A DNA stretch of 47,615 bases. Source: an uncultured Eubacteriales bacterium (GTDB taxonomy: Bacteria; Bacillota_I; Bacilli_A; RF39; UBA660). This document shows positions 33,292 through 45,428 of this stretch, in pieces (positions within the stretch are counted from its first letter, which is position 1; each line of letters starts with the position of its first letter). The notes beneath the pieces were generated by a model. That model did no database searches. It saw only the letters and a list, made by a program, of their open reading frames with translations, and was not told the origin of the DNA. The stretch spans positions 1 through 47,615 of the forward strand of contig ONQM01000001.1 in NCBI GenBank assembly GCA_900319955.1, read 5' to 3'. Position numbers and translations under genes: made by a program.

Positions 33292-34007
33292 TATACCGCC
33301 TCACATTCAAAGTCATCAAATAAGTTTTTCTGTACTATTTTTAAATCTCCTTCTTTAGCAAGCTCTAAAACTGCTAAGAAAGTTGCTATTATATATTCTT
33401 TGTTATAGCTTTCAAATAATGAGAAAAAACTTATATGTTTTTTTGTTTTTAATATATCTTTTATAGATTTTTTTCTATCACTTACTTTTATTTCTTTTTC
33501 AGTTACTTTTGTTTTTAGTGGTTTTTCTTCTTCTTTTCTTTCTAAAAATTTCTTAAATGCATTAACTAAGTCATCTAAAGTAACATCAGAATTAATTTTT
33601 TCATCATCTTCAATATAATTTTTTATGTTTTCTGGTGCTTTAGTATATATTTCTGATCTTAATTCTTCTTTATTTTTTAATACATTTGAAATATCTTTAT
33701 ATGTTTGGTATTCTAAGAGTCTATTAACTAAATTTTCTCTTGGATCTTCTTCCTCTTCTTCACTTTCTTCTTCCTCTTTCTTAGGTAAAAGCATCTTAGA
33801 TTTAATATATAAAAGTTCACTTGCCATAACAAGATAACTACTAGTAATTTCTAGGTTCATCTCTTCCATCTTATCAAGGTATGCTATATACTGATCTGTT
33901 ATTTTTTCTATTTCTATATCTAATATGTTCATTTTATTTTGTTTTATTAAATATAAAAGTAAATCAAGTGGACCTTCAAAGTCATTTATTTTAAAGTCTA
34001 TTTCCAT
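33291..34007 (-). CDS. scpA: Segregation and condensation protein A
   Basis: FEGPLDLLLYLI, YLVMASELLYIKSKMLLP, TFLAVLEL. Confidence 0.95.
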   Translation of the reverse strand: MEIDFKINDFEGPLDLLLYLIKQNKMNILDIEIEKITDQYIAYLDKMEEMNLEITSSYLVMASELLYIKSKMLLPKKEEEESEEEEEDPRENLVNRLLEYQTYKDISNVLKNKEELRSEIYTKAPENIKNYIEDDEKINSDVTLDDLVNAFKKFLERKEEEKPLKTKVTEKEIKVSDRKKSIKDILKTKKHISFFSLFESYNKEYIIATFLAVLELAKEGDLKIVQKNLFDDFECEAV

Positions 34008-34042
34008 ACTATCATTCCTAACATATTTATTATAACAGAAAA

Positions 34043-34069
34043 AAAAGATTTAAGATAGATAAATCTTTT
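34043..34069 (-). terminator. Intrinsic terminator after the glycyl-tRNA synthetase gene
   Basis: AAAAGATTTA / TAAATCTTTT inverted repeat with T tract on the minus strand. Confidence 0.65.
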
Positions 34070-35441
34070 ATTCAAATTTAATTCTTTCATTAATATATGA
34101 TGCAACTTCATCAAGTTTTAGTGTTATTTGGTTCATTGTATCTCTATTTCTTAATGTTACAGTATTGTTGTTTAATGTGTTTTCATCTATTGTAATACAC
34201 CATGGTGTTCCCATCATGTCTTCTCTTCTATATCTCTTACCAATTGATCCAGACTCATCATAGTGACAGTTAAATTCTTTTCTTAATTTGTCATAAACTT
34301 CTCTTGCTTTTTCACTATGATTTTTTTTTACAAGAGGAAGGACAGCAACTTTATATGGTGCAATATATGGATGAAAACTCATGTATTCTCTTTCCTCACC
34401 ATTTTCTAGTGTTTCTTTATGATATGCATTAAATAAAAGTGCAAGTGTTAGTCTATCTGCTCCAATAGTTGATTCAATAATATATGGAATGTATTTTTCA
34501 CCAGTTGCTTCTTCTTTATATTCCATATTTTCTCCACTATATTCCTGATGTCTTGAAAGGTCAAAGTCTGTTCTATTGTGAGTTCCATTTATTTCGCCAA
34601 AACCAAATGGGAATTTATATTCGATGTCACATGCTTCTTTTGCATAGTGAGCTAGTTTTTCATGTGGATGAAATCTTAGCATATCTTTAGGTATTCCTAA
34701 ATCTTCTAAATATTTTTCTGCATAATTCATAAAGTATTCATAAAGTTCATGATCTGTACCTGGCTTACAGAATGTTTGATATTCCATTTGTTCAAATTCA
34801 ATTGTTCTAAATGTAAAGTTTCCTGGTGTAATCTCATTTCTAAATGCTTTACCTACTTGTCCTATTGAAAATGGAAGAGTTGCTCGCGTTGTTCTTTTAA
34901 CATTTAGGTAGTTAACGTATTCACCTTGTGCATTTTCAGGTCTTAAATAAATTGTACTTTCTTTTTCTTCTACAACTCCACGATTTGTTTTAAACATTAA
35001 ATTAAAATCTCTTATTGGAGTGAAATCTGATGCTCCACATTTTGGACATGGTACTTTATGATCTTTTATATATTTCATCATTTCTTCTTCTGTCATTGCA
35101 TCAGCATCTGCTTTGGCATCAAAATCATCAATTAGGTTATCTGCTCTGTGACGTGTTTTGCATTTTTTACAATCAATTAATGGATCACTAAATGATGCAA
35201 CATGGCCTGATGCTTCCCATACCTTTGGATGCATAAGAATTGCAGCATCAACTTCATAAGCATTATCACGTTCTTCAATAAATCTTTTTTTCCATGATGC
35301 TTTAATATTATCTTTTAACACACTTCCTAACGGACCATAATCCCATGTATTTGCTAGTCCTCCATATATTTCACTTCCTTGATAAATATATCCATATTGT
35401 TTACAAATATTTACCATATCTTTCATAGTTATTTCTTCCAT
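34068..35441 (-). CDS. glyQS: Glycine--tRNA ligase (alpha2 type)
   Basis: EIYGG...WDYGPLG, LRPENAQG, GKAFRNEITP, EFEQME, HGTP anticodon domain SIGKRYRR.D. Confidence 0.96.
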   Translation of the reverse strand: MEEITMKDMVNICKQYGYIYQGSEIYGGLANTWDYGPLGSVLKDNIKASWKKRFIEERDNAYEVDAAILMHPKVWEASGHVASFSDPLIDCKKCKTRHRADNLIDDFDAKADADAMTEEEMMKYIKDHKVPCPKCGASDFTPIRDFNLMFKTNRGVVEEKESTIYLRPENAQGEYVNYLNVKRTTRATLPFSIGQVGKAFRNEITPGNFTFRTIEFEQMEYQTFCKPGTDHELYEYFMNYAEKYLEDLGIPKDMLRFHPHEKLAHYAKEACDIEYKFPFGFGEINGTHNRTDFDLSRHQEYSGENMEYKEEATGEKYIPYIIESTIGADRLTLALLFNAYHKETLENGEEREYMSFHPYIAPYKVAVLPLVKKNHSEKAREVYDKLRKEFNCHYDESGSIGKRYRREDMMGTPWCITIDENTLNNNTVTLRNRDTMNQITLKLDEVASYINERIKFE

Positions 35442-35447
35442 ATATAA

Positions 35448-35595
35448 TTCCTCCTCAAAATAAAAAGGATTTCTTTATTCTATAGAGACGACATATGCCG
35501 CGGTTCCACTCTATTTATTCATAAAGAATCCCTTTTAAATATATAACTGCTAGGCTTTCCACACCCGTCTTCGTTTCATGTATTTGTTATATCAT
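35448..35595 (-). ncRNA. Atypical short T-box leader upstream of glyQS
   Basis: Clear antiterminator AUAGAG-UGGAACC-GCGGC-auau-GUCGU-CUCUAU; Stem I apex-like AUGAAACGA...GUGGAA and specifier-like AAA-GGG-A-UUCUU; no stems II/III and no canonical terminator. Confidence 0.75.
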
Positions 35596-35614
35596 TTTTT
35601 TATCTATTTTTCAA
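35586..35614 (-). promoter_or_regulatory. Candidate sigma-A promoter of the glyQS leader
   Basis: TTGAAA-17 nt-TATAAC with extended TG. Confidence 0.55.
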
Positions 35615-35900
35615 GTAAATTTTTTTATTAGTTACTCTTTCTTTTATTCCTAGATTCCAAAAGTAAACGCACACTTTTTTTAATTCATTTTCTAAGAATT
35701 CATCTAATGATATTTTTTTATTTTCTGGTCTTATATTGCATTCACATTTGTTTATAACTTCTTTTAATGCATTAAATACATCTTTCTTATATTCGGAACT
35801 CCTAAAATAATATTTGTTATCATTATCTTATGTCATCAAGAGTTTTAATCCTATTAATTTTAATACCATTTATATATCTTTTAAAATCCGACTCTTTCAT
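35600..35900 (-). pseudogene. Disrupted orphan gene
   Basis: ATG 35900, 7 nt after the upstream stop; MKESDFKRYINGIKINRIKTLDDIR***QIYYFRSSEYKKDVFNALKE...KIYLKNR*. Confidence 0.5.
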
Positions 35901-35907
35901 ATACTTC

Positions 35908-36381
35908 TTAAAGTACCTTACTTTTTTCTTCTATTAATATATCTTTATATGATTTTACTCTATCAAATTCTTTTGTTTTGTCAGGGACAAGTCCAAATCT
36001 ATCTAAAAGATCTTCATAATAAGACTTTAGGATATTATATTTAGAATCAATGTCTTTAACAGCATCAAGTGATTCTCTATCATAATAATTTATTACATTT
36101 TTAAATCTATCATAACTATATAGTCCATTACTTTCAATAATATTTATGATTAAATTTTCATCACCTTTATCATTGTCATTGAATCTAAATGACACATTTG
36201 GAAGAGTTAGTATTGAACTTTGAAGTCCACCATTTTCTGATGGAACATTTTCACTATATTCTTTTGATTCACTAAAATTCTTTGGTGATATATTAATTTT
36301 TTTTAGAAATTCTTTTTCTGATTCATATAATTTTTCCTTGCCATATTTATATTTTAACCATTCATTAATATCTGTCTTCAT
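35908..36381 (-). CDS. Hypothetical protein
   Basis: 157-aa ORF with RBS AGGAGA. Confidence 0.7.
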   Translation of the reverse strand: MKTDINEWLKYKYGKEKLYESEKEFLKKINISPKNFSESKEYSENVPSENGGLQSSILTLPNVSFRFNDNDKGDENLIINIIESNGLYSYDRFKNVINYYDRESLDAVKDIDSKYNILKSYYEDLLDRFGLVPDKTKEFDRVKSYKDILIEEKSKVL

Positions 36382-36389
36382 TTATTCTC

Positions 36390-36989
36390 CTATTTAGCAT
36401 AATAACGATTTCTTACATTTTGTGCAGAATTTTCATTTATATCAGTTTTTGCTATATCATTTGCAATTTTTAAACTTTTTTTTGTAAAATCATTAAAAGC
36501 CGCATTTATTGCAAAAGAATCAACCATTGATAAACTATCATACTCTAAAATTTCCTCATCTATTAGCTTACCTTCTTCTTCATATGTCATACTAGAATAT
36601 TTTCTTATTTTTTCTCTAGCTTCTTTTAATTCATCCATTGTTAGTTTATCAAGCATCAATTTAATAAGACTATGTTCTGTTAAAAAGTTAAATGCTTCCT
36701 TAGACTCTTCCATGCTTGATTCATTATTGTTATATTTTTTTAGTACTGGTAATATTCTTTTTCTAGTATTATATTCATTTATAAATTTTAATTCATTTTC
36801 TTCTAAATTATAAATTCCCTTACTACTATATTCATTCATTTTTTCTTTTTCAAAATCTGGTTCAAAAGATAACCATTTAATCCATTCATCTACTGGGTTT
36901 AGTTTACCTGATATAAACATACCTGGCTTTGAAATAATTTTTTTTCCGTTATTTAACATTTTTTCATCTATTGCACTACTAACATTCAT
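36390..36989 (-). CDS. Hypothetical protein
   Basis: 199-aa ORF with RBS AAGGAGA. Confidence 0.7.
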   Translation of the reverse strand: MNVSSAIDEKMLNNGKKIISKPGMFISGKLNPVDEWIKWLSFEPDFEKEKMNEYSSKGIYNLEENELKFINEYNTRKRILPVLKKYNNNESSMEESKEAFNFLTEHSLIKLMLDKLTMDELKEAREKIRKYSSMTYEEEGKLIDEEILEYDSLSMVDSFAINAAFNDFTKKSLKIANDIAKTDINENSAQNVRNRYYAK

Positions 36990-37007
36990 TTTAATTCTCC
37001 TTTTTAA

Positions 37008-37640
37008 TTATTCGTTATAATATATACCATTAACTTTTTTCATTATAAGTTTTTTAGCATTATTTCTTGTTTTAGAAGTTGCAAAATTTTCTCTTTCGTT
37101 TAGAGAAAGGTCATAAATAGAAAATAAAACATTATCCAAAAATTTATTTATATTTAATAAATAGTCATTGGGTATTTTCTTACTATTTAACTTTATTATA
37201 TTTCTATCTTTATTATATATTTTCATTATTTCAACAATGTTTTTATGACTATTAAAATTATCATATACAGTTATACCTGTTTTAATATTATTTATAAGAG
37301 CAAAAGTAGAATTAACTGATTTAATTAAATATCTTTCTTTATCAAAGTTAATTTTCTTTTCTTTACAAATTTTATCAAGTAAAGAATAATCATAATAGAA
37401 ATCTTCTTCTATTGGAATATCATAAAGATTATATTCTAAAAACTTATGCTCTAAAAGTACTATTTTATCTTTATATTTTTCTTCTAAATTGTAAATAACT
37501 CTTTCTATTAAATTCTTTGTATTCTTTTCCATATTGATAGGTGCTCTTTGACCTTCTAAAGTTTTTAATAATTAAAATTCTCCCTTAATTTTACTTGTTG
37601 ATATTAATATGGCATTACTATTTTTTTCTATCTTATTCAT
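37008..37640 (-). pseudogene. Orphan gene with a premature in-frame TAA at codon 23
   Basis: RBS GAAGGGGG and ATG 37640 are in frame with ORF 37008-37532; single TAA at 37572-37574; the ATG at 37532 has no good RBS. Confidence 0.65.
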
Positions 37641-37654
37641 AACCCCCTTCTCTA

Positions 37655-40189
<2,535 letters not shown>

Positions 40190-40209
40190 ATTTTTCTCCT
40201 CTTTTCTAT

Positions 40210-40941
40210 TTATATTTTTTCATTTATATATTTATTAACTTCTTTTCCCATTTCTTTTAATACTTTCTTAGTATTTATATTATTTGTTTTATTAATGTAT
40301 TTTAAAATAAGTTTATCAATAAGTTTTGTCTTCTTTAAATAATTAAATGTATATTTAAAATTGAAGTCAAATACAAAACATACCCATACAATAAATCTAT
40401 CTGCTTTTGTCTTTTTACTTCCTAATGATAATAAATGTTTTTCTTTAAATGCTTTAATAGCATTTTCTGATATATCATCATCTGCAATATCTAGTTTAAT
40501 ATTATCATTAAGTGCACTATTTAAAATATCTATTTTATCACTATCTCTTACTATTTTTACTATTTCATCTTCTTTAGAATCAGTTAGTTTATCCATTGTT
40601 CCATGATATTTACACACTCGAAGAATCACTTTTTTTTCATAAGGATTACTTGTAAACTTTGAAATTAAATCATTATTAATAAGTACTTTTACACCAATAT
40701 CACCATGATACTCACTTTTATTATCAATAAACGTATGATATTTATTAAACTGTTCAAATCTTCCTATATCATGTAAAAGTGATGCTTTTGAAACAAGCTT
40801 TTCATCTTCATCAGAATAATTTAAGCTTTTTGCAATACTCTTTGCAAAATCCATAACTCTCTTAGAATGTTCAACTTTAAATTTGCATTCAGGATAGTTA
40901 AATTTACTTGTATAATTTATAAATTCATTATAATAATCCAT
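40210..40941 (-). CDS. HD-domain phosphohydrolase
   Basis: KVEHSKRV...LLHDIGRFEQ...YHG...RDSDKIDI. Confidence 0.88.
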   Translation of the reverse strand: MDYYNEFINYTSKFNYPECKFKVEHSKRVMDFAKSIAKSLNYSDEDEKLVSKASLLHDIGRFEQFNKYHTFIDNKSEYHGDIGVKVLINNDLISKFTSNPYEKKVILRVCKYHGTMDKLTDSKEDEIVKIVRDSDKIDILNSALNDNIKLDIADDDISENAIKAFKEKHLLSLGSKKTKADRFIVWVCFVFDFNFKYTFNYLKKTKLIDKLILKYINKTNNINTKKVLKEMGKEVNKYINEKI

Positions 40942-40952
40942 AAAATCATCTC

Positions 40953-41150
40953 CAAAAAAAATCTTTCATCCATAAGGACGAAAGATCGTGGTACCACCTT
41001 AATTTGTTATTAAATTTAATAACCTCTAATAGTTTATAAAGCAACTACCTATTATGCTCCACTTGCAACAAGAAATACTTTGTTTAACTATTTGCACCAA
41101 CCATAGTCTCTCTTTAAAACTCTATTATTTCACCTCAAGTATCTTTGCAT
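40953..41150 (-). ncRNA. T-box riboswitch, Val specifier
   Basis: AGAGA/GGUGCAA apex; specifier loop CUU-GUU-G; antiterminator UAAGG-UGGUACC-ACG...CGU-CCUUA; terminator AUCUUUCGUCC-uuau-GGAUGAAAGAU-UUUUUU. Confidence 0.92.
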
Positions 41151-41161
41151 CTCTATTTGTA

Positions 41162-41191
41162 ATTATATACTAAAATATAAAGTAATTTCAA
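41162..41191 (-). promoter_or_regulatory. Sigma-A promoter of the Val T-box leader
   Basis: TTGAAA-18 nt-TATAAT. Confidence 0.6.
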
Positions 41192-41230
41192 GTAAAATAT
41201 GTTAAAATATATGAAAAAGGAGTGATTTTA

Positions 41231-42352
41231 ATGGCAGTTGGTGTAATTGCAGAATACAATCCATTTCATAATGGACATCTTTATATGCTAAAGAAAATAA
41301 AAGAAATGTATCCTGATGATACAATTATATTAGTACTTGGTGGAAACTTTACACAAAGAGGAGATGTTTCAATAATTGATAAATGGACTAAGACAAATAT
41401 TGCTAAACACTATGGAATAGATTTAGTTATAGAACTTCCACTAATTTATAGTATTCAGTCTGCTGATTATTTTGCAAAAGGTGCACTTGAAATACTTAAT
41501 AGTTTGAAAGTAAACAAATTAGTTTTTGGATCAGAAATTAATGATATAGATCTTTTAAAAGAAATTGCGAGTGTTCAGCTTAATAATAATGAACTTGATA
41601 AGCTTGTTAAAATATATATGCGTATGGGTTTAAACTATCCATCAAGTCTTTCTAATGCAATATATGACATAACTGGTAAGAAAGTTGATACTCCTAATGA
41701 TTTACTCGGAGTCTCTTATATGAAAGAAATACTTAAAAATGATTATAATATAGAGGCAGTAATAATTAAAAGAGAAAACAACTATCACTCTAAAGAAATA
41801 AAAGAAATAACAAGTGGTGAAGCTTTAAGAAAAGCTTTAAAAGAAGGTAAAGAAATAAAATGTTCTGTTCCAGAGTTTACTTACAAAAATTTAAATAATC
41901 TTCACTTTATGGATGAATACTTTATTCTTTTAAAATATAAAATATTAACAGAAAAAGACTTATCTAAATATCATGGAGTAGAAGAAGGCATTGAAAATAA
42001 AATAAAAAAAGAAATAATTAATTCATCTAATTATGATGAACTAATAAATAAAGTTAAATCAAAAAGGTATACTTATAATAAGATAAAAAGGATTCTTCTT
42101 TATATACTTCTTGATATTACTAAAAAAGATATGAAAGAAATAAATAATTGGAACTATATTAGAATATTAGGTTTTAATGAGAAAGGAAGAAAATATTTAA
42201 ATAAAGTAAAAAAAGATTCAGGCCTAAAAATAATATCTAAGTTTGAAAGAAATAATAAGCTTTTAAATTTAGAGCTTAAAAGTACTATCATTTATTCTAT
42301 TCCTCATAATGAACTAAATTTAATAGAAAAAGAATATAAAAATAATTTGTGA
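41231..42352 (+). CDS. tmcAL: tRNA(Met) cytidine acetate ligase (YlbM/HIGH nucleotidyltransferase)
   Basis: GVIAEYNPFHNGH, GNFTQRG, QSADYFA.GA, FGSE, PNDLLG..Y, KSKRYT, YIRILGF..KGR. Confidence 0.9.
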   Translation: MAVGVIAEYNPFHNGHLYMLKKIKEMYPDDTIILVLGGNFTQRGDVSIIDKWTKTNIAKHYGIDLVIELPLIYSIQSADYFAKGALEILNSLKVNKLVFGSEINDIDLLKEIASVQLNNNELDKLVKIYMRMGLNYPSSLSNAIYDITGKKVDTPNDLLGVSYMKEILKNDYNIEAVIIKRENNYHSKEIKEITSGEALRKALKEGKEIKCSVPEFTYKNLNNLHFMDEYFILLKYKILTEKDLSKYHGVEEGIENKIKKEIINSSNYDELINKVKSKRYTYNKIKRILLYILLDITKKDMKEINNWNYIRILGFNEKGRKYLNKVKKDSGLKIISKFERNNKLLNLELKSTIIYSIPHNELNLIEKEYKNNL

Positions 42353-42359
42353 AAATGAA

Positions 42360-42383
42360 AAGATATCTAATTTTAGATATCTT
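42360..42383. terminator. Bidirectional intrinsic terminator
   Basis: AAGATATCTAA-tt-TTAGATATCTT between convergent genes. Confidence 0.75.
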
Positions 42384-44244
42384 ATTTATTTGTTATAACT
42401 ATTCTTGTTCCATATGATGCATTTGCAGACCCATCTGCTGCTTTCATTGTAAATATACTTGATGTTGTATCAGATACACTATCACCTCTCACTATGAAGC
42501 TTGCTGCAGCACTTGGTGCAGTAAATGCACCATTATATAAATTCTTAGTAACGGTAAATACATTACTTGCAAGTGATGAATCATCATAATTATCATAATA
42601 TTTAGAATCAGGAAGTGTTGTAAATCCGGAGTTACCTACTGTTCCATTATAAAGTCCCATAACATATTCTGATGAACCACCAACCATATCATATATTCCT
42701 GTTGTGTTACCTGTTGTTGATGCTCCACTAGCTGTTAAATAAGATGCATTTGAATTTTTTTCAATTGCTCCGTTTATACCATATGATGATTCTGCAAGTA
42801 TTGCGGCCATTTCCCATTCAGAATTCTTTGCCATATGAATATCTCCATTAAATGAACTAATGTTTGTTGTCATACTACTTATTGCATTTGAAAGTGTACT
42901 TACGTTTGCAGATCTTAATGATGCAACTCCTGGAAGTGATGTTACAGCACTTGCTGTCCCTGTTGCTTCATATTTGGAAATATAGAATCCATCTAAGTCT
43001 GTATCAAATGTAAATGCTCCACTTGTATAGAAGTTTTCTGGTGTTGAACCTGTATATACTACATCTCCATCTTCTGATGTTGTTTTACTTATGAATCTTA
43101 CATTAAATGGTAAAGTTTTATATGAATATGACATTCTTGGTATCCAAACAAAGTATCCAAGTACCTTACTACCATCAAGACTTGTACCTACTGGACTATT
43201 ATTTAATGTATCAAGATATGTACTATCATTTATCAAAGCAATATTTGCCCAATTTTTATTTGTGTAATTATACCAGTTGTCAGTTACTGTTCCATCTGCT
43301 TTTACAAATGATCCTTTTGCACTATCATATGTTACTGGAACCATTCCTGCAGAAATATTAGGTTCATTTGGTGTTAGACTTAACTGTTCTCCTTTCATAT
43401 TAATTGATGCTGCAAAGGAAAGTCCAGATGAATCTGTTGCGACAGCTTCATCAATCCATACTCTTAAATCAAAATTAATTGTCTCATTTGGATCTATTGT
43501 ACCTGTTGCTAGAACTCTTCCATTATCAGTAGTTGTTAATGTATTAAGTGCTTTAGCACCTGTATAAATGTTTTTATCTTTTACTAAACTATATTTTAGT
43601 TTGTCATCACCAATTCTTGTTTTTCCATCTGCTAAATCATTGTCTTTTAAATAAATAGTATATGATGATGCAAGTGTTCCATTATTTGTTATACTAAATG
43701 AATATGGACTACTTTTTAATCCTGTTGCATCTTTTACTGGGTAAGAGTTTGCTAGTGAAAGAGATGCAGTATCTTTAAGAGCTAGTGAAAGATCTCCACT
43801 TGTAATTGTATTTGTTTTATCACTTGCGTTAGTTGCAGATAGCCATGCATAACTTGACATAGTAAATGTAAGTGCAACAGCTGCTATTAAAACAATTATT
43901 GCAATAGATTTTTTACTTAAATTAATATTTTTAAAGTTAAATTTTTTATTTTTACTCTCCTTATCTTTATTAAAGTCTATTATTATTGTACTTGTATTTT
44001 CTTCTTTGTTTTCTTTTAATTCTTCTTTATTTTCTTCGTTTTCTATTATTTCTTCATTACTTGTTTTGTTTAGTGTGTATCCATTTTCAGTTTTAGAAAT
44101 TATAGAGGCATCTTCTAGTTCTTTTAAATTTTCATTTAAAGCATCAAGTTCTGATACTTCAATTAGGTCAAGCTCAGACTCAAAATCATCTAGTGTTACT
44201 GCATTAGTACTATTTTCAAGTATGGCAAGAATTTTGTCTCTCAT
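42382..44244 (-). CDS. Multidomain membrane protein: winged HTH-like N-terminus, SipW-type signal anchor, TasA-like region, FGE/C-lectin-like C-terminus
   Basis: aa 1-58 resemble the RNase R N-terminal HTH; TM ending SSYAWLS; FSITNNGT...FDLRVWID; WYNY..WAN, FVWIPR, SKYEA, KNSEW, NTTGIYDMVGGSSEYV, YGTRIV. Confidence 0.65.
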   Translation of the reverse strand: MRDKILAILENSTNAVTLDDFESELDLIEVSELDALNENLKELEDASIISKTENGYTLNKTSNEEIIENEENKEELKENKEENTSTIIIDFNKDKESKNKKFNFKNINLSKKSIAIIVLIAAVALTFTMSSYAWLSATNASDKTNTITSGDLSLALKDTASLSLANSYPVKDATGLKSSPYSFSITNNGTLASSYTIYLKDNDLADGKTRIGDDKLKYSLVKDKNIYTGAKALNTLTTTDNGRVLATGTIDPNETINFDLRVWIDEAVATDSSGLSFAASINMKGEQLSLTPNEPNISAGMVPVTYDSAKGSFVKADGTVTDNWYNYTNKNWANIALINDSTYLDTLNNSPVGTSLDGSKVLGYFVWIPRMSYSYKTLPFNVRFISKTTSEDGDVVYTGSTPENFYTSGAFTFDTDLDGFYISKYEATGTASAVTSLPGVASLRSANVSTLSNAISSMTTNISSFNGDIHMAKNSEWEMAAILAESSYGINGAIEKNSNASYLTASGASTTGNTTGIYDMVGGSSEYVMGLYNGTVGNSGFTTLPDSKYYDNYDDSSLASNVFTVTKNLYNGAFTAPSAAASFIVRGDSVSDTTSSIFTMKAADGSANASYGTRIVITNK

Positions 44245-44281
44245 TATTATTCACCTTCTATCTTACATTATACTATAAAAA

Positions 44282-44300
44282 AAGTCTTGAGAAAAGACTT
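44282..44300 (-). terminator. Intrinsic terminator after comN
   Basis: AAGTCTT-gagaa-AAGACTT flanked by A/T tracts. Confidence 0.55.
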
Positions 44301-44319
44301 ATTTTTTTGTTTTATAAAT

Positions 44320-44526
44320 TTACACATTTTTAATGTCAAATTTCATTATATTTAAAACTACATCGTAAAGTGTTAAATTATGACTTTTACTAAAAACATT
44401 TTTAGAAAGGCTATTCCAAATATCTTCTTTACTAATATTATAACCAAATCTTTTTAGTTCATTACATTTTGAATTTAGTGCAGGTTCTACTCTTTTTTTT
44501 AAATCATCAAGTGAATCAAATTCCAT
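44320..44526 (-). CDS. comN: Post-transcriptional regulator, ComN family
   Basis: VEPALNSK.NEL..FGY.ISKEDIW..L...LYDVV.NIM. Confidence 0.75.
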   Translation of the reverse strand: MEFDSLDDLKKRVEPALNSKCNELKRFGYNISKEDIWNSLSKNVFSKSHNLTLYDVVLNIMKFDIKNV

Positions 44527-44534
44527 ACTTCCTC

Positions 44535-45428
44535 CTATTTCATTTTAGCTCTTGGAAATGCTTTGTAATAAACATCCTTAAGATGAGCTTCAGATACATG
44601 TGTATATATGCTTGTTGCAGCGATACTTTCATGTCCTAAAAGTTTTTGTACTGCTAAGACACTAGCTCCTTCATTTATTAGGTGTGTTGCAAATGTATGT
44701 CTTAACATATGTGGTGATATATTTTTATCAATACTTGTTTTCTTAATTAATCTTGTAAGTATATCTCTTACACCACGCTCTGTAAGATGTGTTCCTCTAT
44801 TGTTTATTAATAAATAATCTAAATTATTTTTATTAAGCTTAGGATATCCATTATTTAAATAATCATTTAAAGCATCTTCACAGTACTCACCATAATATGT
44901 AACTCTTTCTTTATTTCCTTTTCCAAGAATAATTATTTTCCTTTCTTTTCTATCTATATCAGATACTTTAACACTACAAAGTTCTCCTACTCTCATACCA
45001 CTTGCATATAAAAGTTCAAGTATTAGTCTATCTCTTTTACCTAGTGGTGTTTTTAAGTCAGGTGCTTTAAAAAGCTGTTCCATTTCATTATATTCAAAGT
45101 ATCTTGGAAGACGTTTTTCTTTTTTAGGTCCACTTACATATACAAATGGATTATCAGTAGTATATCCTTTATTTAAAGTATAATTATAAAATGTTCTAAG
45201 TGCAGATAAATTCCTGCATACTGAAGAATTTTTTTCATTTAAATCTTTCTTTAAGTACATTAAATATCTTCTAATATCGCCATACTCAATTTTTTTATAA
45301 TTTAAATTTTCTCTTTTTAAAAAATTATTAAACTTTTTTAAATCATCTTTATAATTAATAATTGTGTATTCTGAATAATTTCTTTCATATTTTAGAAAGT
45401 CAAAGAATTTATTTAGTACTTCTTCCAT
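44535..45428 (-). CDS. xerC: Tyrosine recombinase XerC/CodV
   Basis: SAM-like N-terminus (ERNYSEYTI..Y..DL), SGMRVGEL, GKGNKER, HMLRHTFATH, LGH..TSIYTH. Confidence 0.88.
   Translation of the reverse strand: MEEVLNKFFDFLKYERNYSEYTIINYKDDLKKFNNFLKRENLNYKKIEYGDIRRYLMYLKKDLNEKNSSVCRNLSALRTFYNYTLNKGYTTDNPFVYVSGPKKEKRLPRYFEYNEMEQLFKAPDLKTPLGKRDRLILELLYASGMRVGELCSVKVSDIDRKERKIIILGKGNKERVTYYGEYCEDALNDYLNNGYPKLNKNNLDYLLINNRGTHLTERGVRDILTRLIKKTSIDKNISPHMLRHTFATHLINEGASVLAVQKLLGHESIAATSIYTHVSEAHLKDVYYKAFPRAKMK

Noticed and set aside
44535-45428. Tyrosine recombinase as a mobile-element integrase
   Set aside because: Size and motifs match chromosomal XerC/CodV; no phage or conjugation genes nearby
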